Shown: positions 10,262 through 19,294 of the stretch, piece after piece | How the letters are laid out: each line of letters opens with the position of its first letter | Numbering within the stretch: position 1 is the first letter of the stretch | Source of the DNA: Deltaproteobacteria bacterium | GTDB lineage: Bacteria > Desulfobacterota > Deferrimicrobia > Deferrimicrobiales > Deferrimicrobiaceae | Reading direction: 5' to 3' | DNA length: 64,000 nt | Assembly: GCA_021815305.1 (NCBI GenBank) | Contig: JAKAHC010000004.1 | Span: forward strand, 129,343 to 193,342 | The notes under the pieces: generated by a model | Told to the model about the DNA's origin: nothing | Database searches by the model: none | Seen by the model: only the letters and a program-made list of their open reading frames with translations | Made by a program: the position numbers and the translations under genes

Positions 10262-11357
10262 AGGGCGCGGCGACTTCCGGCCCCCGCAGCGACAGCCGCG
10301 CCCGGAGGGAAGAGTCGGAAAGCAGGCGGAACATCGCGTCCGCCAGCCCATCCGGCCCTTCCGGAGCGTAGGCGAGTCCCCCTCCCTCCGCGTCGATCTT
10401 CTCCCCCCAGTATGTCCCCTTCGGCGCCAGGACCGGGATGCCCGCCGACAGGGCTTCGAGGGGGACAAGGCCGAACGATTCATAGATCGAGGGGCAAACG
10501 ACGGCGTCCGCGGCCGCGAACAGGACGGGCATGCCGTCGTGGGGAACGGAGCCCAGGAAGCGGACACCCCCGCCGTCCTCCCCTTTCTGGCCGGCGACGA
10601 CAAGGGACACCTCCCCCTTCCAACGGCCCCGCACCTCCCGGAACGTGTCCAGGGCGACCCGCGCGTTCTTCCCCGCATCCCCGCGGGCGGCAAGAAGGAA
10701 GATCGCCCCGGAGAGGGGCAGACCGATGTACGCCCGGGCGACCTGCAGGGGCAGCAACCGCCGGAACCGGTCGTCGACGCCGGGGGCGATGACGATCCCC
10801 TTCTCCCCCAGGCCGGGGAAAACCGAGCGGTTCCGCTCGAGGTCGTATTCCGAGAAGAACACCACGCGCGCCGCCATCCGCGCCAGCCTCTCCTCCTCCC
10901 TCCTCCGCACGGCGGAGAGGGGATCGCCCCCCGCCGGGCGGCGCGGAGCCTTTCGCGCCTCCACGGTGTGATAGGACAGCACCATCGGCGCGTCGGCGAT
11001 TTTCCCGGTGGCCGAACCGGACATCCAGTAATGGGCGGACACGACGCGGGGCGAGATCCGCTCCCCACGCATCAGCAGGCGCGCTCCCTCCGCGAACCGG
11101 CCGAGGGAATCCCAGGCACCCTGCCGCGTCGGGGGCTCCTTCCACCCGCACGGAACGTGGAAGATCCGCACGCCGGGAAACGGGTCGGTCACCTCCACGG
11201 TCTCGCCCGTGGCGCGCGTCAGGACGTCGGTGCCGATCCCCCGCTGCGAGAGACCCCGGAGCAACCCCCGGAGGAACACGTTCATGCCCCCCGCGAAACC
11301 CTCCCCCGGCTCCTCCATGGGGCAGGTGTGGTAGGAGACGAGGAGGTGCCCGGTCAC
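10188..11357 (-). CDS. GT4 glycosyltransferase, MshA-like (inositol-phosphate glycosyltransferase family)
   Basis: N-terminus LLVSYHTCPMEEPGEGFAGGMNVF...LTRATGE parallels the MshA signature (HTSP...PGTGD.GGMNVY); GT4 C-terminal EXFG...E motif; GTG start overlapping upstream stop (GTGA). Confidence 0.8.
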   Translation of the reverse strand: MTGHLLVSYHTCPMEEPGEGFAGGMNVFLRGLLRGLSQRGIGTDVLTRATGETVEVTDPFPGVRIFHVPCGWKEPPTRQGAWDSLGRFAEGARLLMRGERISPRVVSAHYWMSGSATGKIADAPMVLSYHTVEARKAPRRPAGGDPLSAVRRREEERLARMAARVVFFSEYDLERNRSVFPGLGEKGIVIAPGVDDRFRRLLPLQVARAYIGLPLSGAIFLLAARGDAGKNARVALDTFREVRGRWKGEVSLVVAGQKGEDGGGVRFLGSVPHDGMPVLFAAADAVVCPSIYESFGLVPLEALSAGIPVLAPKGTYWGEKIDAEGGGLAYAPEGPDGLADAMFRLLSDSSLRARLSLRGPEVAAPFTWERCTETWAGLLSSVSTLRSPR

Positions 11358-12346
11358 GGGGAGACCACGATCCGGTACACCAACCGGTCCACTCCGCCGA
11401 GGTCGTACTTGTACCGCTCCGTCCCGCGCAGGAAATCGTACTCGGGCGCCCCTTCGGCGATGGCATCCTCGACGCACTTCGCGATGAGGACAAGCCCGGG
11501 GTTGGCGGCCCGCCGGATCGGATCGTAGCCGGAGTTGTAGAGGAGCAGGCCGCAGCCGGTCCGGAACTGGAACACGGAGGCCACATCCCCCCCGGCCCCC
11601 GACAGGAAGGCAAGCCGGAGCTGGCCGGCGGCGAGGAACCCCTCCGCCACCTCGCGGAAGAACTCCGCCATCCGGTCGTCCATGAACTTTCCCTTGTCGG
11701 GGTGGCTCTTCCGGTGGAGATCGATGAAGGAAGGGAGGTCGGCAACGAGATCCTCCGCCGTGCGCGTCACCCGGACGGAACATCCCGGGAGGAGCTCCGC
11801 GGCCCGCCGCATCTTCCGGCGCAGCTCGTGCCGTTCCTTCTTCCCGAGCCGATCGAGGTACTCCTTGAAGGAGCCCGGCAGGGAAACGTGGGGCGCCCGG
11901 TCCATCACCTCGACCGTGCAGCCGAGCCCCATTTCCCGGCAAAGCCGCGGGAGGATCGCCAGTGCGGGGGATCCCTCGACGAGGCCGGAGAACCGGATCG
12001 GACCGCCGCCCAGTTCCGGCATCCCGAGAGCGAGGAGATCCCTCCAGAACGGTTCCTCGCCCCCGGGGACGACGAGTGCATCGAGATAATCCGCCACCTG
12101 CTCGCTCCCGAGGAAGTTCCACCCGGTCCCCTCGCAACGGCAAAGGAACAGGAGCCCCTCGTCGGCGCCCGCGGCGCGGCGCCCCCAGCGGACCACGCGG
12201 AAATCGCACCCCTGTCCGAAGACGCGATACCACGGGAGAAGAAAGCGGGAGGACAGGAACGGCGACGGACGGGCGCCCAGGGCGTGGAGCGCATTCCACG
12301 CCTCGATCGGGACTTCCTCCACCCGGGACGAGATACGGAGGCTCAA
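11354..12346 (-). CDS. FemAB/CelD-like GNAT-fold acyltransferase (BioF2-like)
   Basis: 330 aa; architecture and motifs of the Acetyltransf_6/FemAB family; translationally coupled to the GT4. Confidence 0.65.
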   Translation of the reverse strand: MSLRISSRVEEVPIEAWNALHALGARPSPFLSSRFLLPWYRVFGQGCDFRVVRWGRRAAGADEGLLFLCRCEGTGWNFLGSEQVADYLDALVVPGGEEPFWRDLLALGMPELGGGPIRFSGLVEGSPALAILPRLCREMGLGCTVEVMDRAPHVSLPGSFKEYLDRLGKKERHELRRKMRRAAELLPGCSVRVTRTAEDLVADLPSFIDLHRKSHPDKGKFMDDRMAEFFREVAEGFLAAGQLRLAFLSGAGGDVASVFQFRTGCGLLLYNSGYDPIRRAANPGLVLIAKCVEDAIAEGAPEYDFLRGTERYKYDLGGVDRLVYRIVVSP

Positions 12347-12368
12347 ACCTCTCCCCTGTCCCGCACCT

Positions 12369-13022
12369 TCATCGCGAAGTCCCGGCCGCCTCCTTGGACG
12401 GTGGGGAGGACGGGGAAACGATCCCGGCCTCGATCAGCTTCCGTCCCGCTTCCGAAGCGACGGTGTTGGCGGCCGAAAACAGCGCCTCGCGGGCGCCATC
12501 CGGGGTGACGAAGGCGTCTCCCAGGGAAGTGCTGCTGGTGATCGTGCTCACCCACGGCGCGGACAGGGTGGAACCGGCGGCTGAAACGGCAACGGAGACG
12601 GTTGCGTTCATTTCCACGTGCAACATGCCGCTCCTCCGGGCATCCACCTCGAACCGGTGGACGCTTCCCGAGATCCGCACGGGCACGGCCGGGGGAACGT
12701 CCGCGCCGCCCCTGACCCGAACCACGGGGACACCCTTCTCCATCAGGGCGTCGGCCACGAGATCGGCCATCGCCCTCCCCGGATCGCCTTTCCACATGAT
12801 TTCGCGCACCTGGTCGTAGTCCCTCCCGACGACGCCGGGGGAACCGGAGGAGGCATAGGAGAAGTCCATCACCGCGGCCTGCGGCGCGCCGGGAGGGGTT
12901 GCCGCGGGCCCACCGGGCCGGGAGAGGTCCCCCGGGACATAGAGCCTGCTGCCCGTTGCGCAGGAGGAGAGGACCATCAACGGAACGAACAGCGCAAGCA
13001 GCCTCGAGAAGTTGCGTATCAC
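12369..13022 (-). CDS. putative lipoprotein (LpoB/CsgG-like fold suggested)
   Basis: GTG start; signal/lipobox RLLALFVPLMVLSSC; the segment AVMDFSYASSG...GRAMADLVADALMEKGVPVV resembles TolB-N/LpoB-type domains. Confidence 0.4.
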   Translation of the reverse strand: MIRNFSRLLALFVPLMVLSSCATGSRLYVPGDLSRPGGPAATPPGAPQAAVMDFSYASSGSPGVVGRDYDQVREIMWKGDPGRAMADLVADALMEKGVPVVRVRGGADVPPAVPVRISGSVHRFEVDARRSGMLHVEMNATVSVAVSAAGSTLSAPWVSTITSSTSLGDAFVTPDGAREALFSAANTVASEAGRKLIEAGIVSPSSPPSKEAAGTSR

Positions 13023-13215
13023 GGCTTTCCCCCGGAACTTCGCGGAATGGCGGCCCACGGCCGCTTTCCCACTGTATGACAAGGCAGGCGAGGATTCAAC
13101 CGGTCCCATCCCCTTCGGACCTTCTTCGCCCCTTGCGGCGCCGGCGGGAGGTGGCGTATCGTGTTTCCCTGCCGCGACGTGAAGGCGGAAGGAAGGAAGC
13201 GGACGGAGGGAGTCG

Positions 13216-14415
13216 ATGCCCGCGGGACCGGAAATCCGGGAGGCGATCCGCCAGGGGTCGTGGATCCGCAAGATGTTCGAGGAGGGCGCGGTCCTCAAGG
13301 CCGAACGGGGCGAAGACAACGTGTTCGACTTCACCCTCGGGAATCCGTACGGCGATCCCCCCAAGGCCGTCGCCGACGAGATCGCAAGGCTCGCCGCGGA
13401 CCCTCCCGCCGGCCTGCACAAATACATGCCGAACGCGGGGGTGCCGGAAGTCCGCCGGGCCGTCGCCCGCTCTCTCGCGCGCTCCACGGGCCTTCCGTTC
13501 ACGGAGGGGTTGGTGACGATGAGCGTGGGGGCGGCCGGTGCCGTCAACGTGGCCCTCCGGGCGGTGCTCTCCCGGGGGGACGAGGTCATCGTTCTCGCGC
13601 CCTATTTCGTCGAGTACCTCTTCTACGCGCGCAACGCCGGCGGCGTTCCCGTGGCGGTGGACACGGACGAGCGGTTCCAGCTCGACCTGCCCGCCGTCGA
13701 GAGGGCGCTCACCCCGAAGACCCGCGCCGTCCTGCTCAACACGCCGAACAATCCCACCGGCGCCGTATACCCGGAGGAGGACATAGCCGCCCTCGGCAGG
13801 ATCCTGGCCCGCGCGGAAGAGAGGTTCGGCGCTCCGATCTACGTCATCTCCGACGAGCCGTACCGGAAGATCGTCTTCGAGGGGGCGTCGTTCGCCCCGC
13901 CGGCCGCCGGGATCCGGAATACCATCGTGGCCTACTCCCACTCCAAGGACCTCAACCTCCCCGGCGAACGCATCGGCTACCTGGCCGTGTCGCCGCGCGC
14001 CGCGGACGCGGCGGAGGTTTCCGAGGCGTGCGTCTTCTGCAACCGCGTGCTGGGCTTCGTGAACGCCCCTTCCCTTTTCCAGCGAGCGGTGGCGGAGTTC
14101 CAGGACCAGCCCGCCGACATCACGGTGTACCGGGCCAACCGGGACGTCCTTCTCGACGCGCTCGCGCGCGCCGGGATCGATGTCGTTCCCCCCGGCGGCG
14201 CGTTCTACCTCTTCCCGCGTTCCCCCTTGCCCGACGAGATGGCCTTCGTCGCCGCGGCCAGGGAGGAGAACCTCCTCGTCGTCCCGGGAGCCGGCTTCGG
14301 GCGGAGCGGCCATTTCCGCGTCGCGTACTGCCTCTCTCCGGAAACGGTAAGGCGATCCGTACCCGCCTGGGAACGGCTGGGCGCGCGGCTCACTCGGAAA
14401 AGAGGGGAAAGGTGA
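13216..14415 (+). CDS. class I/II PLP-dependent aminotransferase (aspartate aminotransferase family)
   Basis: 399 aa with conserved aminotransferase core (NPTGAVY, SKDLNLPGERIGY). Confidence 0.88.
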   Translation: MPAGPEIREAIRQGSWIRKMFEEGAVLKAERGEDNVFDFTLGNPYGDPPKAVADEIARLAADPPAGLHKYMPNAGVPEVRRAVARSLARSTGLPFTEGLVTMSVGAAGAVNVALRAVLSRGDEVIVLAPYFVEYLFYARNAGGVPVAVDTDERFQLDLPAVERALTPKTRAVLLNTPNNPTGAVYPEEDIAALGRILARAEERFGAPIYVISDEPYRKIVFEGASFAPPAAGIRNTIVAYSHSKDLNLPGERIGYLAVSPRAADAAEVSEACVFCNRVLGFVNAPSLFQRAVAEFQDQPADITVYRANRDVLLDALARAGIDVVPPGGAFYLFPRSPLPDEMAFVAAAREENLLVVPGAGFGRSGHFRVAYCLSPETVRRSVPAWERLGARLTRKRGER

Positions 14416-15458
14416 CCGTCACGTTCCGCCGCAACATCGCCCGCATGGAGGGGTACGTCCCCGGCGAGCAGCCGCAGGAGCCGGGCTTCGTCAAGCTGAA
14501 CACGAACGAGAACCCCTACCCTCCCTCTCCCAAGGTGCGGAAGGCGATCCTCGCGGAGCTCGGCGGCTCCTTGCGGCTCTACCCCGATCCCGGCGCCAAC
14601 GGGCTGCGGCGCCAGGCCGCACTGACGTACGGCTTCGACCCGGACCGGATCCTCGCGGGAAACGGGTCGGACGACCTGCTGGCGATGGTCGCGAGGGCTT
14701 TCGTGGGAGAGGGGGATGCCCTCGCGTGCCCCACGCCCACGTACACGCTTTACGACACGCTGGTCCGGATCCAGGGGGGACGCGTCGTCGGGGTGCCGTA
14801 CCCGGAAGACTACTCGCTGCCGAAGGCGCTCGCCGCGAAAAAAGCGCCCGTGACGATCGTCGCGAACCCCAACTCCCCGTCCGGAACGGCCGTTCCGGTC
14901 CGGGAGCTGGCCGCGCTCGCCGACGCCGTCCGGGGCGTCCTGGTCATCGACGAGGCGTACGCGGATTTCGCGGACGAGACCTCCCTCCCCCTCGCGAGGG
15001 AGCGCGGGAACGTGATCGTCCTGCGGACGTTCTCCAAGTCGTTCTCGCTGGCGGGGATGCGGGTCGGGCTGGCGTTCGCCCATCCGGGGATCATCGAGGG
15101 CCTTTCCAAGGTGAAGGATTCCTACAACATGAGCCGGCTGTCGATCGCCGCCGGGACGGCGGCGCTCACCGATATCGCCTGGATGGAGCGGAACGCGGCG
15201 AGGATCCGCGGAACCCGGCAGGACCTTTGCGCCGCCCTGCCGGCGGCGGGTTTCACCCCGTATCCCTCGCAGAGCAACTTCGTTCTCGCGCGGCGGAATG
15301 GCGGAAGATCGGCCCGCCCCGTCTACGAAGCCCTGAAGGCGCGAAAAATCCTCGTGCGGTACTTCGACACCCCCCGCCTCGCGGACTGCCTGCGCATCAC
15401 CGTGGGAACCGGCGAAGAGATCTCCGCGCTGCTCTCCGCGATGAAGGCGATCCGGTAG
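14412..15458 (+). CDS. hisC: histidinol-phosphate aminotransferase
   Basis: GTG start overlapping upstream stop (GTGA); LNTNENPYPPSP, SPNNPTG-like and FSKSFSLAGMRVG motifs typical of HisC. Confidence 0.82.
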   Translation: MTVTFRRNIARMEGYVPGEQPQEPGFVKLNTNENPYPPSPKVRKAILAELGGSLRLYPDPGANGLRRQAALTYGFDPDRILAGNGSDDLLAMVARAFVGEGDALACPTPTYTLYDTLVRIQGGRVVGVPYPEDYSLPKALAAKKAPVTIVANPNSPSGTAVPVRELAALADAVRGVLVIDEAYADFADETSLPLARERGNVIVLRTFSKSFSLAGMRVGLAFAHPGIIEGLSKVKDSYNMSRLSIAAGTAALTDIAWMERNAARIRGTRQDLCAALPAAGFTPYPSQSNFVLARRNGGRSARPVYEALKARKILVRYFDTPRLADCLRITVGTGEEISALLSAMKAIR

Positions 15459-15467
15459 AAAGCGCCC

Positions 15468-16416
15468 TCAAAGGACCACTTCCCAGTTCCCTCCGCCTTC
15501 CCGGTTCCGCCACTGCGCCGCCACCGCGCCATCCCCCCGGCGCCCGAGGGTGTGGAGGCAATACTCCACCCTCTCCCCCGACGGACCGAAAACGAACGCC
15601 TCGAAGACGCGCGGCCCCGCGATGCGGGAGAGGCCTTCGGAACGGGCCGCGAAGAACGCTTCCCGGTCGCCGGCGAAGAACTCGCCGGCGGCCGCGCCCG
15701 GTCCCGCCGGGTACCCCTTCGCCTCCATCAGGGAGAGGTTCGTCGCCCGCCACGCGGTGTCCCCCCAGATCAACCTTGCGGACACCACGTCGCCACCGGG
15801 GTCCGGCATCGCGATGCGGGCGCAGGCGATCTTGTTCGCGCGCAGCGCCCCGTCCCCGGACACGTGGTAGAGGTAGTACGGCATCGGGCGGTTCTTGAGG
15901 ACGGAGAGGGACTCGGGGACCTCCACGACGGGAGCCGGACCGTCCCCGGCGTCGACCGCGGCCCGGCACAGCGAAGGCGACGGTTTTTTCCGCATGGCGC
16001 CGAAGCCGTAGCGGAAGACTCCCGTGGGCCGCTCCCCGGCCGCCAAGGGCAGGACCGTGCGGAAATATCCCCTCCCCGCCGCGGGGAGAAGGTTCCCCGG
16101 CACCTCCTCGGGGACGTGGTAGAGATCGGAGATCAGGTCGTCCGAGGGGACTGCGGCCTCGTAGTGCGGGGAGTACCACTCCGCACCGCCCCGGCAGATG
16201 GAGAACCGGTACCGGACGACGGTGCGGTCTCCTTCCCGCGGTTCGGGAAGGGGGATATACCCCACCCGCCTGCCGTGTTCCCCCGCGGGGACAACGACCC
16301 GCGTACAGCGGGAAGGGGCTTCCGCTCCGGGCCGGCCGGAAACCGCCTCGGCGTGGAGGAGGACAAGCTCCGGGCGTTCGGCACCGTCGTAATACTCGCG
16401 TCGAAGAAACAGCATC
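15468..16416 (-). CDS. hypothetical protein
   Basis: 316-aa ORF from ATG at 16416; no family recognised. Confidence 0.45.
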
Positions 16417-16446
16417 CCGGGCCTCCCAACGTGGAATCTCTGCGGG

Positions 16447-16824
16447 TCACTCGAACCCCAGGCGGGAGAGTTCCTCCTCGTCCATCCCGAAGTAGTGGCC
16501 GATCTCGTGCAGAAGCGTGATCCGGATCTGCCGGCGAAGCTCCTCCCGGCCGGGGAAATCCCCCGCAAGGGGGCCCCGGTAGATGGAGATCTTGTCGGGA
16601 AGATTTCCGGAGTCGAGGATCGACCGTTCCGGGAGCGGCACCCCGTGGTAGAAACCGTAAAGCGTGTCCCCCGGGGGAATGTTCAGCTCGTCGAGAAGCC
16701 AGCCGGGAGGCCATTCCTCCACGACCACGGCCACGTTCGACAGCGCGTCCCGGAACATGGGAGGCAGCTCCGAAAGCGCCAGCCGGAGCGCCCGGTCGAA
16801 TTCGCTGCGCGGCAACCGCCCCAT
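16447..16824 (-). CDS. DUF1025-type zinc metallopeptidase-like protein
   Basis: 125 aa ending ...LLHEIGHYFGMDEEELSRLGFE (HExxH-like motif typical of DUF1025). Confidence 0.7.
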   Translation of the reverse strand: MGRLPRSEFDRALRLALSELPPMFRDALSNVAVVVEEWPPGWLLDELNIPPGDTLYGFYHGVPLPERSILDSGNLPDKISIYRGPLAGDFPGREELRRQIRITLLHEIGHYFGMDEEELSRLGFE

Positions 16825-16855
16825 GGAAATTCTACCCCAACGGGGCCGCGGAGCG

Positions 16856-17482
16856 CTACTTCGCGCCCCTTCCCCGCATGGCCGTGAAGAAGGCGGACCA
16901 TTCCTCCAGGTTCGGGACGATCTCCCGCTCGAGGAGGTCCGACATCTTCCCCCAGTTCTCCGCCTGCTGTGCCTCGAGGAGCCGCTGCAGGATCTCCGCG
17001 GTCGAGGCGGGGGGGGAGGGCATCTCGCCGTCCGCGGCGGACGATCTCCCGGAGAGGGAGAATGCGCCGCTCCGGAAACCGTTGAACACCGCGCCCGCCA
17101 GCCGGAAGAACGTCCCGAGGGACTCCACGCAGGAAACGTACAGGGATTTCGCCGAGGAGACGTCGCCGGACTGGAGGGAGGACGACACCGCCTTGACGTC
17201 GCGGCGGATCGCAAGGGACAGGTCGAGCGCCCCGTCGATGGCCTCCCGCAGGAGCTTCTCCGGCGTGGTGGTGTACACGCGGACTTCGCCGGTCTCCGCG
17301 GCCGGGCGTTCGGCCATCTCCCGCTCCACCCGGGTGGAGATCTCCCTGCCGTCGACCTCGATCCTTCGCACGATCCGGCCGGATGCGGCCGCCCGGGATG
17401 CGGTTTCCGACAGGATGTCGGCGAACGTGCGAAGCCCGGAAAGGTCCCGGGTGACGTCGCTGCCGTCGATCATCACGCGCAT
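16856..17482 (-). CDS. hypothetical protein
   Basis: 208-aa ORF immediately downstream of flgM; no family recognised. Confidence 0.45.
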   Translation of the reverse strand: MRVMIDGSDVTRDLSGLRTFADILSETASRAAASGRIVRRIEVDGREISTRVEREMAERPAAETGEVRVYTTTPEKLLREAIDGALDLSLAIRRDVKAVSSSLQSGDVSSAKSLYVSCVESLGTFFRLAGAVFNGFRSGAFSLSGRSSAADGEMPSPPASTAEILQRLLEAQQAENWGKMSDLLEREIVPNLEEWSAFFTAMRGRGAK

Positions 17483-17547
17483 GAACGCACCCCCCTTCCG
17501 GAAGATACGCCAACGGCACGAAACGAGGCAACAGAATTTGCGTGGGT

Positions 17548-17760
17548 TCAGCGCGACGGGCGGGAACGTTCGCGGAGTTCCCGGACCGCGTCGGAAACCA
17601 TCTTCTCGGCTACCCGGCGCCCTTCGACGCGGTAGGTGCCTTCCCTGAGCGCGGCGCGGATCTCCTCGATCCTCCGGATCCGCATCGCGGAGAGGACGTC
17701 CACCACCCGTCCCGCCTCGGCGAACAGTTCTCCCCAGTTTCCGCGGTCCGAGGCCTTCAC
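17548..17760 (-). CDS. flgM: anti-sigma-28 factor FlgM
   Basis: C-terminus ...MRIRRIEEIRAALREGTYRVEGRRVAEKMVSDAVREL matches the FlgM sigma-28-binding helix region; start (GTG near 17760) uncertain. Confidence 0.6.
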   Translation of the reverse strand: MKASDRGNWGELFAEAGRVVDVLSAMRIRRIEEIRAALREGTYRVEGRRVAEKMVSDAVRELRERSRPSR

Positions 17761-17866
17761 CTGTCTCTTTACCCCTCTCCGCCGGCTCTTCGACCGTCCA
17801 CTCCCCTTATCGACCGGCGGCAGGGGAAACTTTACCCGGCATCGCCGTTTGGGTACACTTGGATCG

Positions 17867-19261
17867 ATGAGAAAATCGCTCCTGATCGCCGAGGACGACG
17901 AGGTCAACCTCAGTCTGTTGCGAAAGGTGTTCCAGCGGCCCGACCTCCTGGTCCACGAGGCGCGCACCGGGACGGAAGCCCTCCAGATCATCGATCAGCA
18001 ACCCGTGGATGTCGTCCTGACCGACCTGAAGATGCCCGGGGTCGACGGGCTCGCCGTCCTCGCCCATGCCCGGAAGGCACGCCCCGGCGCGGAGGTCATC
18101 CTCATGACCGGCCACGCCACGGTCGAATCCGCCGTAAGCGCGATGAAGATGGGGGCCTTCCACTACATCACCAAGCCGTTCGATGCCGACGAGGTCGTCC
18201 ACCTCGTCGGCCGGGTCCTCGAGCTGACCAGCGTGCGCAAGGAGAACGCGAGCCTGCGCGTCCTCGCCCGCGGGCGGAGCGGCCTCGAGAACATCATCGG
18301 CGTCAGCGAAGCGGCCAAGGAAGTGCTTTCCCTCGTGCGGAAGGTGGCCGACACCGACTCCACGGTGCTGATCACCGGGGAGAGCGGGACCGGGAAGGAA
18401 CTCGTGGCGCGGGCCATCCATTACCTTTCCCCGAGGGCCGACCGGATGCTCGTTCCCGTCAACTGCTCCGCCATCCCCGGCGAACTCCTGGAGAGCGAGA
18501 TGTTCGGGCACGTCAAGGGGGCGTTCACGGGGGCGCACGCGACGAGGGCGGGAAAGTTCGAGGCGGCCCACGGAGGGACGATCTTCCTCGACGAGATCGG
18601 GGAGATGAGCCCGAGCCTCCAGGCGAAACTGCTGCGGGTCCTGCAGGAGAAGTGGGTCACCCCCGTGGGCGGCAACAAGCCCATCCCCGTGGATGTCCGG
18701 GTGATCACGGCCACCAACAAGGACCTGGAAGAGGAGGTCTCCGAGGGGCGGTTCCGCAACGACCTCTACTTCCGCCTGAACGTCATTCCCATCCGCATCC
18801 CCCCATTGCGGGAGCGCCGGGAGGACATCCCCGCTCTCATTGCGCATTTCATCGAGCGATACGGCCGGCCCAAGGGGCGGTTCCTCGAGGGGATCCGCCC
18901 CCAGGCGCTCGACATCCTCTACCGGTACCCCTGGCCCGGAAACGTTCGCGAGCTCGAGAACCTCGTCGAGCGGGTCGTCGTCCTCAAGGGATCCGGGTGG
19001 ATCGAACCGCCGGATCTCCCGGAAAAGATCCGGCGGGCGGAGGGATTCCTCAAGACCGCCATGCCGGTCCTCGGAGAGAGCGGGCTCGACATCAGGAGCG
19101 CCACGGAGGATTTCGAGAACGCCCTCATCCGCCAGGCGCTCCACCTGTCCGGGGGGAACAAGAACCGCGCGGCCGCGTTGCTGGGCCTGAAACGCACGAC
19201 CTTGGTGGAGATGCTCAAGAGGAAGAACCTCGACGCGGGGGCTGCCGGCCCCCCGGGTTGA
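17867..19261 (+). CDS. sigma-54-dependent response regulator (NtrC/FlrC family enhancer-binding protein)
   Basis: REC domain (LIAEDDEVNL...DLKMPGVDG), AAA+ sigma-54 interaction domain with GESGTGKE and GAFTGA, C-terminal HTH. Confidence 0.9.
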   Translation: MRKSLLIAEDDEVNLSLLRKVFQRPDLLVHEARTGTEALQIIDQQPVDVVLTDLKMPGVDGLAVLAHARKARPGAEVILMTGHATVESAVSAMKMGAFHYITKPFDADEVVHLVGRVLELTSVRKENASLRVLARGRSGLENIIGVSEAAKEVLSLVRKVADTDSTVLITGESGTGKELVARAIHYLSPRADRMLVPVNCSAIPGELLESEMFGHVKGAFTGAHATRAGKFEAAHGGTIFLDEIGEMSPSLQAKLLRVLQEKWVTPVGGNKPIPVDVRVITATNKDLEEEVSEGRFRNDLYFRLNVIPIRIPPLRERREDIPALIAHFIERYGRPKGRFLEGIRPQALDILYRYPWPGNVRELENLVERVVVLKGSGWIEPPDLPEKIRRAEGFLKTAMPVLGESGLDIRSATEDFENALIRQALHLSGGNKNRAAALLGLKRTTLVEMLKRKNLDAGAAGPPG

Positions 19262-19294
19262 CCGCGTTTCCACGCTTGGGGTACTCTGGAACCC

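Noticed and set aside
12369-13589. Full 406-aa extent of the minus-strand ORF as one protein
   Set aside because: The N-terminal 190 aa are low-complexity and shadow-like. A GTG start followed by a textbook lipoprotein signal occurs at 13022, so only the C-terminal 217 aa were annotated.
16856-17482. Tentative identification of the 208-aa protein downstream of flgM as FlgN
   Set aside because: No recognisable FlgN motifs and too long, so left as hypothetical.
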